Assembly: GCA_027494035.1 (NCBI GenBank)
Contig: JAOSJQ010000018.1
Coordinates: forward strand, 28,920 to 92,919
Length of the DNA: 64,000 bases
Direction: 5' to 3'
Source of the DNA: Anaerolineales bacterium
GTDB taxonomy: Bacteria > Chloroflexota > Anaerolineae > Anaerolineales > UBA4823
Made by a program: the position numbers and the translations under genes. The notes beneath the pieces are model-generated. The model had not been told where the DNA came from, made no database searches, and saw only the letters and a list, made by a program, of their open reading frames with translations. Positions 55,615 through 64,000 of this stretch are shown here, one piece after another; position 1 is the first letter of the stretch, and every line of letters begins with the position of its first letter.

Positions 55615-57565
55615 ACGGAAGCGCCTGTGGAGGGGCGACGAAGGGCGCAGGACTCACGAACAGCAATGCGCCGTCGTGCGGTTCCAGGCTGCCGGAGACC
55701 GACTCTGCCGGAGCGGGCCAGGGCTGTCCCGCCGTCCAGTCGTACACGTAACGCGGCGCCGGCAGGCCCAACTGCGCCAGCCTGTACTGCCAGGCAACCG
55801 GCATGTCGCCCGTGTTGAAGACAAAGATCGCCGCCTGCGCATCCGGGGACTCTGTGTCCGGCGTGCGCACCTGTACGAGGACAGGATCGTTCGCGCCCAG
55901 CAAGGGGAAGCGGCAGATCGCCCGGCGGGGGTTCAGCAGCAGCTTCCACAGCCGCAGGCGCTCGTCAGTAAGCTCGTGCAGGGCGTCGCTGGTCATGACC
56001 ACGCCCGCGCCCATGCCCGCGTAGAGCGCCAGCGAGCGCTGCTCGGCGGCGGTCAGGTGGTGGAAGCGCTCGCGCAGCAGGATGCAGTCCGGATCGGCCT
56101 GCCACAGGATGTGGTTGGCGAAGCCGCGCGCCGCCTGGTCGCGCAGCAGCGACTGCGCCGACTGCTGGCCGCCCGTCCAGCGCGCGCCGACATCGCGCCC
56201 GATGCGCACCCCGTCCACCAACCCCACGGAGGCCCACAGCGGGCAGCCGCAGCCCAGCCAGGTGGCGTCGCCGATCTCCTCGCGGATCATCTCGGCGACG
56301 CGCCGCCAGATTTCGATGCGGGTGAGGCCCGCCGCGTGCCAGACGGCGCGATCGGGGCCGTGCTCGGTGGGGAAGTGCATGAAGTCGGTCTTGAAGTACT
56401 CACAGCCCCACTCGTGCCGCCACGTGCGGAACACCTGGCGCAGGTAGGCGAAAGCATCGGGGTGGGTGGTGTCGAGGATGTAGTATTCTTCGCTGCGCTT
56501 GTGCCAGCGGAACTCGCCGTAGAAGGTCATCAGCGCCAGCGGGCCGCCCGTCTGCCGGTCGGTCACCACCCAGTCGGAGTGCGCGCGGTAAAGGCGGCTG
56601 CGGTTGCCCACTACAAACGGCGCGATCCACAGGCCGGGGACGAACCCCGCCGCGCGAATCTCGTCCAGCAGTGGCTTCATGCCGCGCGGGAACTGCGGCT
56701 TGACCTCCAGCCAGTCGCCCATTTCCGGCGTGAAGCCGTCGTCAATCTGGAAGAAGCGCATCGGCAGGTCGTGGCGGCGGGCGGCCTCGGCGACACCGGC
56801 CAGGTGCTCGCGGATGTTCTCCTCGCTGGTGGCGGCGTACAGGTTGTACCACGAGCACCAGCCGGTGATCGGCGCGGCAGGCGGGCGCGGGGGCTGCGGC
56901 GACGCTGCCGCGACCAGCCGTGCCCACTCGCGCAGCGCCTCCTCGACCTGGCCGTGCTCGAAGAGGATCAGGCGCTCGGACTCGCAGCGGTTCTCCGCGC
57001 CGCGCGCCCGGCGATCCCACAGAGTAAGGATGGTCAGTGAGAGGGCAGTCTGAGCCTGGCTCATGCTGAGCGTCTGCTGGAAGCGGTCGTGGCGGTCGAA
57101 GCCGATCACCACGCTGCCCGCGCCGTCACGCGGCAGAAGCTGGGTCATAGCGTAGCCGGTGGGCGCGCTGTCACCAGCAGTGGCCTCGTCCAGGGCGACG
57201 TAGCCGCTGCCATCCCAACTGAAATAGCCCGTCCGCAGCCAGGCGCGCGCGTTCTCGATCTGCTCAAAGCACACTCCGAAGGAATCGAGCGGGCGCTCCC
57301 CTGGCCAGCCCTCCAGCCAGTAGCGCAGCGCGCAGCGGGCCGGATCGTCCTGGCGGGCTTCGACGCTGAAGACCGCCCCGCCCAGCGCGGGCGACGTGAA
57401 CTGGAGCCGGATCGCCCTCGCGTGCCCGCCCTGCGCAGGCCCTTCCAGCAACGTCGTGCGGGCATCGTCCAGCGGCGCGCCGTTGATCACAGGGCGCAGC
57501 CCGCGCAGACTGCCCCGCGATGACTCGATGCTGAGCGCGCCCTCCGGCATAACCGACAGCTTCAC
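55613..57565 (-). CDS. glycoside hydrolase family 36-like alpha-galactosidase
   Basis: TGWCSWY, FQIDDGF, PGLWIAPF, YFKTDF, RIGRD, DPDC; GTG start overlaps the upstream stop. Confidence 0.85.
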   Translation of the reverse strand: MKLSVMPEGALSIESSRGSLRGLRPVINGAPLDDARTTLLEGPAQGGHARAIRLQFTSPALGGAVFSVEARQDDPARCALRYWLEGWPGERPLDSFGVCFEQIENARAWLRTGYFSWDGSGYVALDEATAGDSAPTGYAMTQLLPRDGAGSVVIGFDRHDRFQQTLSMSQAQTALSLTILTLWDRRARGAENRCESERLILFEHGQVEEALREWARLVAAASPQPPRPPAAPITGWCSWYNLYAATSEENIREHLAGVAEAARRHDLPMRFFQIDDGFTPEMGDWLEVKPQFPRGMKPLLDEIRAAGFVPGLWIAPFVVGNRSRLYRAHSDWVVTDRQTGGPLALMTFYGEFRWHKRSEEYYILDTTHPDAFAYLRQVFRTWRHEWGCEYFKTDFMHFPTEHGPDRAVWHAAGLTRIEIWRRVAEMIREEIGDATWLGCGCPLWASVGLVDGVRIGRDVGARWTGGQQSAQSLLRDQAARGFANHILWQADPDCILLRERFHHLTAAEQRSLALYAGMGAGVVMTSDALHELTDERLRLWKLLLNPRRAICRFPLLGANDPVLVQVRTPDTESPDAQAAIFVFNTGDMPVAWQYRLAQLGLPAPRYVYDWTAGQPWPAPAESVSGSLEPHDGALLFVSPAPFVAPPQALP

Positions 57566-58560
57566 GGCGCAACCTCCACCCGCCCCTCGTTGGAGCGCAC
57601 CGCCGCCAGCACCAGGTTGAGCGTCTTGGCCCCTTCGCGCAGCGGCGTGCGCGTCTCGCCGCCCGTGCGGATGGCGCTCAGCAGGTCTTGCGTCTGAGCC
57701 AGGCGGAAATCCCGCTCGGAGGCGATGGTCAGCGGCGCGCGCTCTGGCTCCGCCGTGAAGACGAACGTCGCCTGGTTGGCGCTGGCGAACTCCGCTGTCA
57801 CCTTGCCAGCGACCACGCGGTAATCGTTGATCCACTTGCCGGGGATGGCCCCGTTAGTCGCGCAGACGACGCCCAGCGCCCCGTTGGCGAAGCTGACGAC
57901 CGTCGCGCTGACATCCTCGGCGGTGTAGCCGGGCACGTCGCGATGGAAGAGATTCTCCTGGCGGCTGTAAACGCTCACCGCGTCGCCAAACAGGAAGCGC
58001 AGCAGGTCGAAGAGGTGGATCGCCTGCTCGACAAGCTGCCCGCCCGACTTCTCGCGGACGCGCCACCAGTCCGCGTGCAGCGCGTTGCAGAAGTAGCGCG
58101 CGCTCATCAGGCCCGGCCTGCCCGCTTCGCCGGACTCCAGCATATCCTTCAGCCGCTCGATGGCCTCGCCGAAGCGGAACATGAAGCCGACCTGGGTTTT
58201 GATCCCTGCGCGCTCAGCAGCTTCGACCATGCGCCAGCCGTGCTCGGAGGTGAGCGCGATCGGCTTTTCGATCAGCAGGTGAATGCCGCGCTCGGCGGCC
58301 TGTTCCACTTCGTCCGTGTGGCCGTAGGGCGGCAGGCAGATGATGACCAGGTCGAGGGCAGCCTGGTCGAACATGGCCCGGTGCCCGGTGAAGACCCGCG
58401 CCCGCCCGCCCGTGTACTGATCGGCGAAGGCGCGCGCCTTCCATTCGTTGCGATCGCAGAAAGCGACCATCTCAGCCTCATCGGGCAGCGCCGCCAGAAT
58501 CTGCGCGTGGCGGTGGGCAAAGCCGCCGCAGCCCAGAATGCCAGTCCGTAAGGGGTTCAT
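57562..58560 (-). CDS. Gfo/Idh/MocA oxidoreductase
   Basis: GILGCGGFA, LLIEKPIA, GGQLVEQAIHLFD. Confidence 0.92.
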   Translation of the reverse strand: MNPLRTGILGCGGFAHRHAQILAALPDEAEMVAFCDRNEWKARAFADQYTGGRARVFTGHRAMFDQAALDLVIICLPPYGHTDEVEQAAERGIHLLIEKPIALTSEHGWRMVEAAERAGIKTQVGFMFRFGEAIERLKDMLESGEAGRPGLMSARYFCNALHADWWRVREKSGGQLVEQAIHLFDLLRFLFGDAVSVYSRQENLFHRDVPGYTAEDVSATVVSFANGALGVVCATNGAIPGKWINDYRVVAGKVTAEFASANQATFVFTAEPERAPLTIASERDFRLAQTQDLLSAIRTGGETRTPLREGAKTLNLVLAAVRSNEGRVEVAP

Positions 58561-58911
58561 GGAGTCCTTTCGCTTTCTCATGGAAAACCCAGACAAACAG
58601 GGCAGGACGCGAGGGTATGGCTCTGCCGCGCGCTTGTAGGGGCAGATGTGCAAACCCACTCCTGTAACCGGCTCCCCGCAGTCGCCTTCTTCGTTCGTTT
58701 CTTCCTTGAAACGATCTTCCGTAACCTATCATTAACCGCTAATGCAATCTTATTTGCCCACCCCTCCATTCGAACGGAGAGAGGGCTGGCCGAGCGCAGC
58801 GAAGCCGGGGGTGAGGTAAATCAAGCTAGCTGATCTTAATGTTTTCTGGATGGCTGTCTGCCCCTGAACTCCGTTAACGGGGAGGGGTGACACTCCCTCG
58901 CCCGGCTGTCA

Positions 58912-60048
58912 TCAGTCCGAGGGCGTATCGGCGGTGGTGGCTGTAGCGGGCCTGGCGGGCCGCGCGGCTTCTTCGTCCGGCGCAGGCCGCCGCGCTGGAG
59001 ATGCCCCGCTGGGCACGGCCCACGTTTCAGTGAGCAAAACCAGCCCGGCGGCGTCCAATGCCAGCGCCACCTCGTCGGCAGTGGGGTCCAGATCGTTGAG
59101 GATGGTGTAGGGGAAGCCATGATCGGCCAGATGCGTGCTGAGCGCGCCAAGCATCAGGTTGAAGTCGGTCGCGCGAATCTGATCCAGCCGGACGCCCGCC
59201 CCGCTCAGCGCATCGCGCAGCGGAGCCGGGTCCTGGCCGTGCAGCGCGGCGCAGAAGAGCACGCACGGCCCCAGCAGCTCAGCCTGGGGCGTGGCGGGGT
59301 TGCTCGTGGCGGCCAGGATGTTGGCCAGGTGATGCTCGCCGCCTTGCAGGGCGCGCGCGTGGCCGAGCAGATTGCCCATCTGCACCGCCACCATCATCAG
59401 GCTGAGCAGCGTTTGCAGCGCCTCGCGGTCGCCCTGGCCGATGGCTGTGGCGCTCTTGATCGCCTGCTTGGCCAGGTCGGTGGTCACGCCGGCGGCCCAG
59501 GGCTGGAAGCGCTCGGCGCGCGGATTTTTGCCGCGCTGCGCGGCGTAGCGCCAGTCCAACAGGCCGGTGACGATGCCCAGCATCTCGGCGATGCCCGCCC
59601 CGCGCAGGGACTCCGGCGCGCTCAGGATCACGTCCCAGTCCACAATCACCTCGGCGGCAGGGGCGGCGCTCAGGCGGGCGCGGCGCTGGCGGTCGGCGAC
59701 CGGCTCGGTGGCGACGGTGTAGGGCGTGAGCATGGCTGTGCTGTCCAGCGCCAGTGGCACGACGACGAGCGGCACGCGGTTGCGCGCGGCGACCACTTTG
59801 GCTGCCTCCAGTGGCGCGCCGCTCCCCACCGCGTAGACCACTTCCACCGCGCTGGGCAAATTCTCGGCCAGGTACTCGAACAGCTCGCGGTCATAGCGCG
59901 ACGGCTCGGCCTGGATCAACACCGGGAGCGCCAGGTAATCACTGACCGCTGACCACGCCTCGGCGCTGGTGAGCAGCGCCACGCGCCGGGTCTCCTCGAC
60001 CAGACTCAATTCCTGGAATGTGATGCGGGGTAAGGGCCAGATCACCAT
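58912..60048 (-). CDS. divergent glycerol-1-phosphate dehydrogenase / iron-containing ADH-superfamily protein
   Basis: YAVGSGAPLEAAK, AEVIVDWDVI...P, GIAEMLG, GGEHHL. Confidence 0.6.
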   Translation of the reverse strand: MVIWPLPRITFQELSLVEETRRVALLTSAEAWSAVSDYLALPVLIQAEPSRYDRELFEYLAENLPSAVEVVYAVGSGAPLEAAKVVAARNRVPLVVVPLALDSTAMLTPYTVATEPVADRQRRARLSAAPAAEVIVDWDVILSAPESLRGAGIAEMLGIVTGLLDWRYAAQRGKNPRAERFQPWAAGVTTDLAKQAIKSATAIGQGDREALQTLLSLMMVAVQMGNLLGHARALQGGEHHLANILAATSNPATPQAELLGPCVLFCAALHGQDPAPLRDALSGAGVRLDQIRATDFNLMLGALSTHLADHGFPYTILNDLDPTADEVALALDAAGLVLLTETWAVPSGASPARRPAPDEEAARPARPATATTADTPSD

Positions 60049-60461
60049 CGCGCGCTCTCCCTCAAGACAATGCTGCCCGGTCTCCCCTGTTTTCGCAGCA
60101 GGCGGCGTCTGTGCCCAAGTGTAGTGCGCTTTTCCGTTCGCGTCCAGTACAGACGAAAGGGGCAGAACATCACCGCCGAGGCGCAGAGAGCGCGGAGAAA
60201 AGCCAGAAAGGGCGATTCTTGGTTCTTCTTCGCGACCAGTGTTCGGTTTCCAGTGATCGGTGCTAATTCGCCGCCGCAGATTTGCGCGGGAAAATCACCT
60301 CGAAGACAATCAGGAGCAGCACGAGCACTCTTCGACAGGATGGCTCCATTCTCGCTATAATCGCGCGCGGTCGGGGAGACCTTGCGCGCCCCGCCTGCTG
60401 CCTGACGACTCCTGCGCGCGCCCTGAGTATGGTCTGTCCTCTTCGCGGGGTACGATATGGT

Positions 60462-61631
60462 ATGGTGACAACCTCTTCTTCCCAGCCGCCTCCTGCCCGG
60501 CGTTTTGCGCAGGCTCGAGCACAGCTCTGGTCGGTTTTTCAGAGCCTGCTCATCCCCATCCTATCCGTCTTCACCGCTGTTCTGGTCGGCTCCATTCTGA
60601 TCCTGTTCGATGGACGCGATCCGATCACCGCCTTTGAGGGGCTGATCCAGGGCGCTTTTGTCGAGCCGCGCGGCCTGCTGGCGACCTTCCGCAACATGAC
60701 GCCGCTGGTATTATCTGGCCTGGCGGTGGCTTTCGCTTTCAAGAGCGGCCTGTTCAACATCGGCGTGCAGGGTCAGTTGATCATGGGATCAGTCGTGGCG
60801 GCCTGGATCGGATTCGCCGTCGAAGGGCTGCCCCCCCTGCTGCACATCTCACTGGCGATCCTGGGGGCCATGCTCATCGGCGGGCTGTGGGCGGCCATCG
60901 CCGGCGCGCTCAAGGCATTTGCCGACGCGCACGAGGTCATCACCACGATCATGCTCAACTACATCGCCGCCCAGTTCGCCGGCTGGCTAATCTCCACCAG
61001 CAGCGGTGGAGTGCGGGCCGGGCCGCTGGCCAGCCCGGAGTCGGTGACGGACGCTATCGCGCGCACGCCCAGGATTCTGGAAAGCGCCAAGCTGCCGGTC
61101 ATCTACAGCGTGCCGCCCAACTTCACGCTGCACATCGGCATCTTCATCGCCATCATCGCCTCGGTGGTGATCATGTTCCTGCTGCAGCGCACCACCTTTG
61201 GCTTCCAACTGCGCATGACCGGCTTCAGCCCCACCGCCGCCCAGTATGCCGGCGTCAATGTCAGGCAAGTCACCATCCTGACCATGTTCATCGCGGGGGC
61301 GCTGGCCGGGCTGGCCGGTGGCATTCAGACCCTCGGTGTCAACCACGATTACCAGGGCAACCAAAGCCTCGGTCTCGGCTTTGAAGGGATCACGGTTGCT
61401 TTTCTGGCCGGCAATAATCCCATCGCCGTCAACTTCTCCGCGTTCCTCTTCGGCGCAATGGATGCCGGCACCACGCGCATGGCGCTGGCGGCGGATGTGG
61501 CCAAAGAACTCATCCAGGTCATCCAGGCGTTGATCCTCATGTTCGTCGCCGCAGACCAGATCATCCGGCGCTTGTATCGCATCCGCGCAGCCGGGCCGGG
61601 GGCGCGCCTGCGCCTCGGCGGCAGGGACTAG
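60462..61631 (+). CDS. ABC transporter permease (nucleoside/simple-sugar type)
   Basis: GLFNIGVQGQ, HEVITTIMLNYIA, GFEGITVAFL. Confidence 0.9.
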   Translation: MVTTSSSQPPPARRFAQARAQLWSVFQSLLIPILSVFTAVLVGSILILFDGRDPITAFEGLIQGAFVEPRGLLATFRNMTPLVLSGLAVAFAFKSGLFNIGVQGQLIMGSVVAAWIGFAVEGLPPLLHISLAILGAMLIGGLWAAIAGALKAFADAHEVITTIMLNYIAAQFAGWLISTSSGGVRAGPLASPESVTDAIARTPRILESAKLPVIYSVPPNFTLHIGIFIAIIASVVIMFLLQRTTFGFQLRMTGFSPTAAQYAGVNVRQVTILTMFIAGALAGLAGGIQTLGVNHDYQGNQSLGLGFEGITVAFLAGNNPIAVNFSAFLFGAMDAGTTRMALAADVAKELIQVIQALILMFVAADQIIRRLYRIRAAGPGARLRLGGRD

Positions 61632-61643
61632 GGAGAGCGAAAC

Positions 61644-62648
61644 GTGGGCGAAACAGAGCTGGGACTCGCCATCATCGCGACGATCAACTTCACGCTTCGC
61701 TATTCGATCCCGATCACTCTGGGCGCATTGAGCGGCATCATGTGCGAGCGGTCGGGCATCGTCAACATCGGCATCGAGGGCATGATGCTGACCGCGGCCT
61801 TCACCGGCTTCATGACCAATGTCGCGCTCAGCAGGCCAGGAATTGACTCCTCCCTGCAAGCGGTTGGCGTGCGCCTGGGCCTGTCTATTCTCGCCGCCCT
61901 GCTGACGGGGGGCCTGCTGGGGCTGTTGCACGCGCTGCTCTCGATCCAGTACAAGGTCAACCAGATCGTCAGCGGCACGGTGATCAACATCCTGGCTCTG
62001 GGGTTGACCGGCTACTTCTACGAGTTGGAAACCCCCACCCTGGGCAAGCTGCCGTCGGTCATCAGCAACCCCTGGACGCAGACTGGCTCCCACAAACTGA
62101 GCCTGGCCAGCAATTTCAACCTGTATCTGCCCTACGACATCGGGCGCATTCTGTTCGACAAAGACCTGATCACCTACCTGACGCTGTTGCTGGTCTTCTT
62201 CCTGGGGTGGGCGCTGTTCCACACCACCTGGGGGTTGCGCACGCGCTCGATTGGCGAGAATCCGCGCGCGGCAGACACGCTGGGCATCAACGTGCACCGC
62301 CTGCAATACACCAACTTGTTCCTGGGGGGGATGTTGGCCGGGCTGGGCGGCGGCTTCCTGACGCTGGCGGCGGTGGGCATCTTCGAGCAGAACATGACCA
62401 CCGGGCGCGGCTTCATCGCCCTGGCGGTGATGATCTTCGGCAACTACCGGCCTTCGCGCGCGCTGGGGGGAGCGCTGCTGTTCGGCTTTGCCACCGCGCT
62501 GCAAGGGCAGCTCCAGCAGTTCGGCATTGACTTCCCGCACCAGCTTGTCGGGATGCTGCCCTACATCCTGACGATTGTCGTGCTGGCGGGCTTTGTCGGT
62601 CGCGCGCGGCCTCCGGCGGCTGAGGGCGTCGCCTACGAGCCGGAGTGA
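61644..62648 (+). CDS. ABC transporter permease, second subunit
   Basis: ERSGIVNIGIEGMM, GLRTRSIGENPRAADTLGINV, GRGFIALA, LPYILTI. Confidence 0.92.
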   Translation: MGETELGLAIIATINFTLRYSIPITLGALSGIMCERSGIVNIGIEGMMLTAAFTGFMTNVALSRPGIDSSLQAVGVRLGLSILAALLTGGLLGLLHALLSIQYKVNQIVSGTVINILALGLTGYFYELETPTLGKLPSVISNPWTQTGSHKLSLASNFNLYLPYDIGRILFDKDLITYLTLLLVFFLGWALFHTTWGLRTRSIGENPRAADTLGINVHRLQYTNLFLGGMLAGLGGGFLTLAAVGIFEQNMTTGRGFIALAVMIFGNYRPSRALGGALLFGFATALQGQLQQFGIDFPHQLVGMLPYILTIVVLAGFVGRARPPAAEGVAYEPE

Positions 62649-62767
62649 GAGGTTTTGGGTGGTTGGTGGTTGGTGGTTGGTTATTGGTATCTGCTCCGCA
62701 GGGGACTTCCGTATGCTTGAGGAGAGACCTGGTGCGCGTTGGCGGAAATAAACCGCCAGGTTCTTTC

Positions 62768-62817
62768 GTAGGGGCGCTGCTTGCTGCGCCCTGCGTGGGC
62801 CTCAGACCCGCCCCTAC
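62768..62817. repeat. REP doublet (GTAG family)
   Basis: GTAGGGGCGCTGCTTGCTGCGCCC...GGGCCTCAGACCCGCCCCTAC. Confidence 0.7.
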
Positions 62818-62993
62818 AAAACCGGTGGCGAACTTCTTGCCAACGTCCCTACTGCTTCCTGGTAGAACATGCGTGACACGGAAGCAACTTTGAGCGATGA
62901 GCCAATCTCAAGGACACGAGCCGTGCGTTGCTGATTGATTATGAGACGGTCTCGTTTCTTCGTCAGTCTGATAACCCCGGGGGACACGCCAGG

Positions 62994-63412
62994 GTGCAGG
63001 ATTTTCGGAAGCTAGAAGTATGGCAGCCATCACACCAACTGGTGCTCGATATCTACCAGGCCAGTTCCGGTTTCCCTCGGAAGAATTGTATCGGCCTTAC
63101 CAGTCAGATCAAGCGCCGCCGCTCTCGGTGCCCGACGAATATCGCGGAGGGTGTGGACGCGAGACGTCAGGCGAATTGCGCCGTTTCCTGTACATTGCGA
63201 TGGGATCGGCCAGTGAACTGGAGTACCTTCTGTTTCTTGCGTGCGATCTCGGCTTTCTTGAACAGACAATGTACCAACAACTCCACGAGAAAGTATCGAG
63301 CGTGCGGCGGATGCTTAATGCGTTGATCCAGAAACTAACAACCAGACCGATGAGGTCAATTGACTCACGACCCACAACCAATAACCAAGAACCAGACCGG
63401 AAACAACCATGA
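62994..63412 (+). pseudogene. four-helix-bundle protein (23S rRNA IVP / bAvd-like) with several indels
   Basis: QDFRKLEVWQ...LTSQI...NIAEG in one frame and GCGR...ELRRFLYIAMGSASELEY in another; flanked by heptamer repeats. Confidence 0.8.
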
Positions 63413-64000
63413 CCTGAAACCTGCCTCCCACGACCCCACCTCCGTCCTCGAAGTCGAGGGCGTAACCAAGCGCTTCCCCGGCGTGCTGGCCAACGATAAT
63501 GTCGGCCTGAAGCTGCAGCGCGGGGAGATTCTGGCCCTGCTGGGCGAGAACGGCGCGGGTAAGAGCACGCTGATGAACATCATCTACGGCCTGTACCACG
63601 CTGACAGCGGCACGATCCGGCTGAAGGGGCGCGAGACCCGCTTTGCCAGCCCGCGCGAGGCGATCCACAGCGGCATCGGCATGGTGCACCAGCATTTCCA
63701 ACTGGTCAATGTGATGACCGTCGCCGAGAACGTGGTGCTGGGCGAAGAGAGCACTGTCGCTTACAAGGGCGAGAACAACCCGGCGCTGCGCCTGGTCTTG
63801 CGGCGGCTGCCGAGCCTGGTGCTCTTCGCGCTGGGGCTGATCATCGGCTTCGCGCTGGGGGGAATAGGATACATCCTCGGCGGGGCGGTCGCCGGACTGG
63901 TAGCGGGCGTGGTGGTGGCCCTGCCGCCGGTGGCCCGTTTGCTGTGGGGCATAGTCTGGCGGGTGGGCCTGGCGCTGGCCGCCCTGGCCATCACCTCGCA
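63409..64000 (+). CDS. 3'-partial ABC transporter ATP-binding protein with a hydrophobic insertion; one base missing just after the ATG
   Basis: VLEVEGVTKRFPGVLAND, Walker A GENGAGKST, GIGMVHQHF. The ATGA overlap fixes the start, and adding one C (ATGACC-C-TG) restores the frame. Confidence 0.8.

Noticed and set aside
55676-62540. Long antisense ORFs (for example 55676-57040, 57688-58551, 59119-59952, 60987-62540)
   Set aside because: They are shadows of high-GC genes on the opposite strand and have no recognisable motifs.
62994-63412. Diversity-generating retroelement (Avd-like gene with apparent hypermutation)
   Set aside because: No reverse transcriptase or TR/VR pair is present, and the changes are indels rather than adenine substitutions.

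Overview
The window shows a likely Chloroflexota (Anaerolineae-like) chromosome; the taxonomy is inferred from gene style. Its left two-thirds is a tandem array of integrative elements at the 3' end of tRNA-Glu(CTC) (43897-43969, minus strand). Element A (9836-43909, about 34 kb) is bounded by a 15-bp direct repeat, TGTGCCCCATAGGGG. It carries a large serine recombinase, a replication/mobilisation core (primase, ExeA-like ATPase, HTH Rep with repeats, two Replic_Relax proteins around a coupling ATPase), a CBASS system, a type I R-M system and an unusual Tat/fibre cassette. The att core lies inside the recombinase reading frame. Integration cuts the integrase from an 85-aa C-terminal HTH tail that now sits 34 kb away behind the tRNA, and excision would rejoin the two in frame. 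A second, homologous orphan HTH tail lies just outside the left att. It marks an older tandem element B (from before position 1 to 9850) that carries a restriction-like defence locus with an ASCH fusion. The second strong candidate for a new system is the cassette at 16162-20008: minimal TatA/TatC, a 63-aa Tat-signal-like micropeptide, signal-less phage-fibre-like proteins, and a divergent secreted FN3 protein sharing a (F/Y)GxGxYG motif with the micropeptide. The right third is higher-GC host DNA (CNNM/hemolysin, pdxT, GH36, ABC transporter). It includes a lower-GC polysaccharide fragment with suspicious junctions, REP and heptamer repeats, and a four-helix-bundle gene. Several single-base indels, mostly at homopolymers, and one low-complexity tract suggest sequencing or assembly errors, so frameshift calls are tentative.
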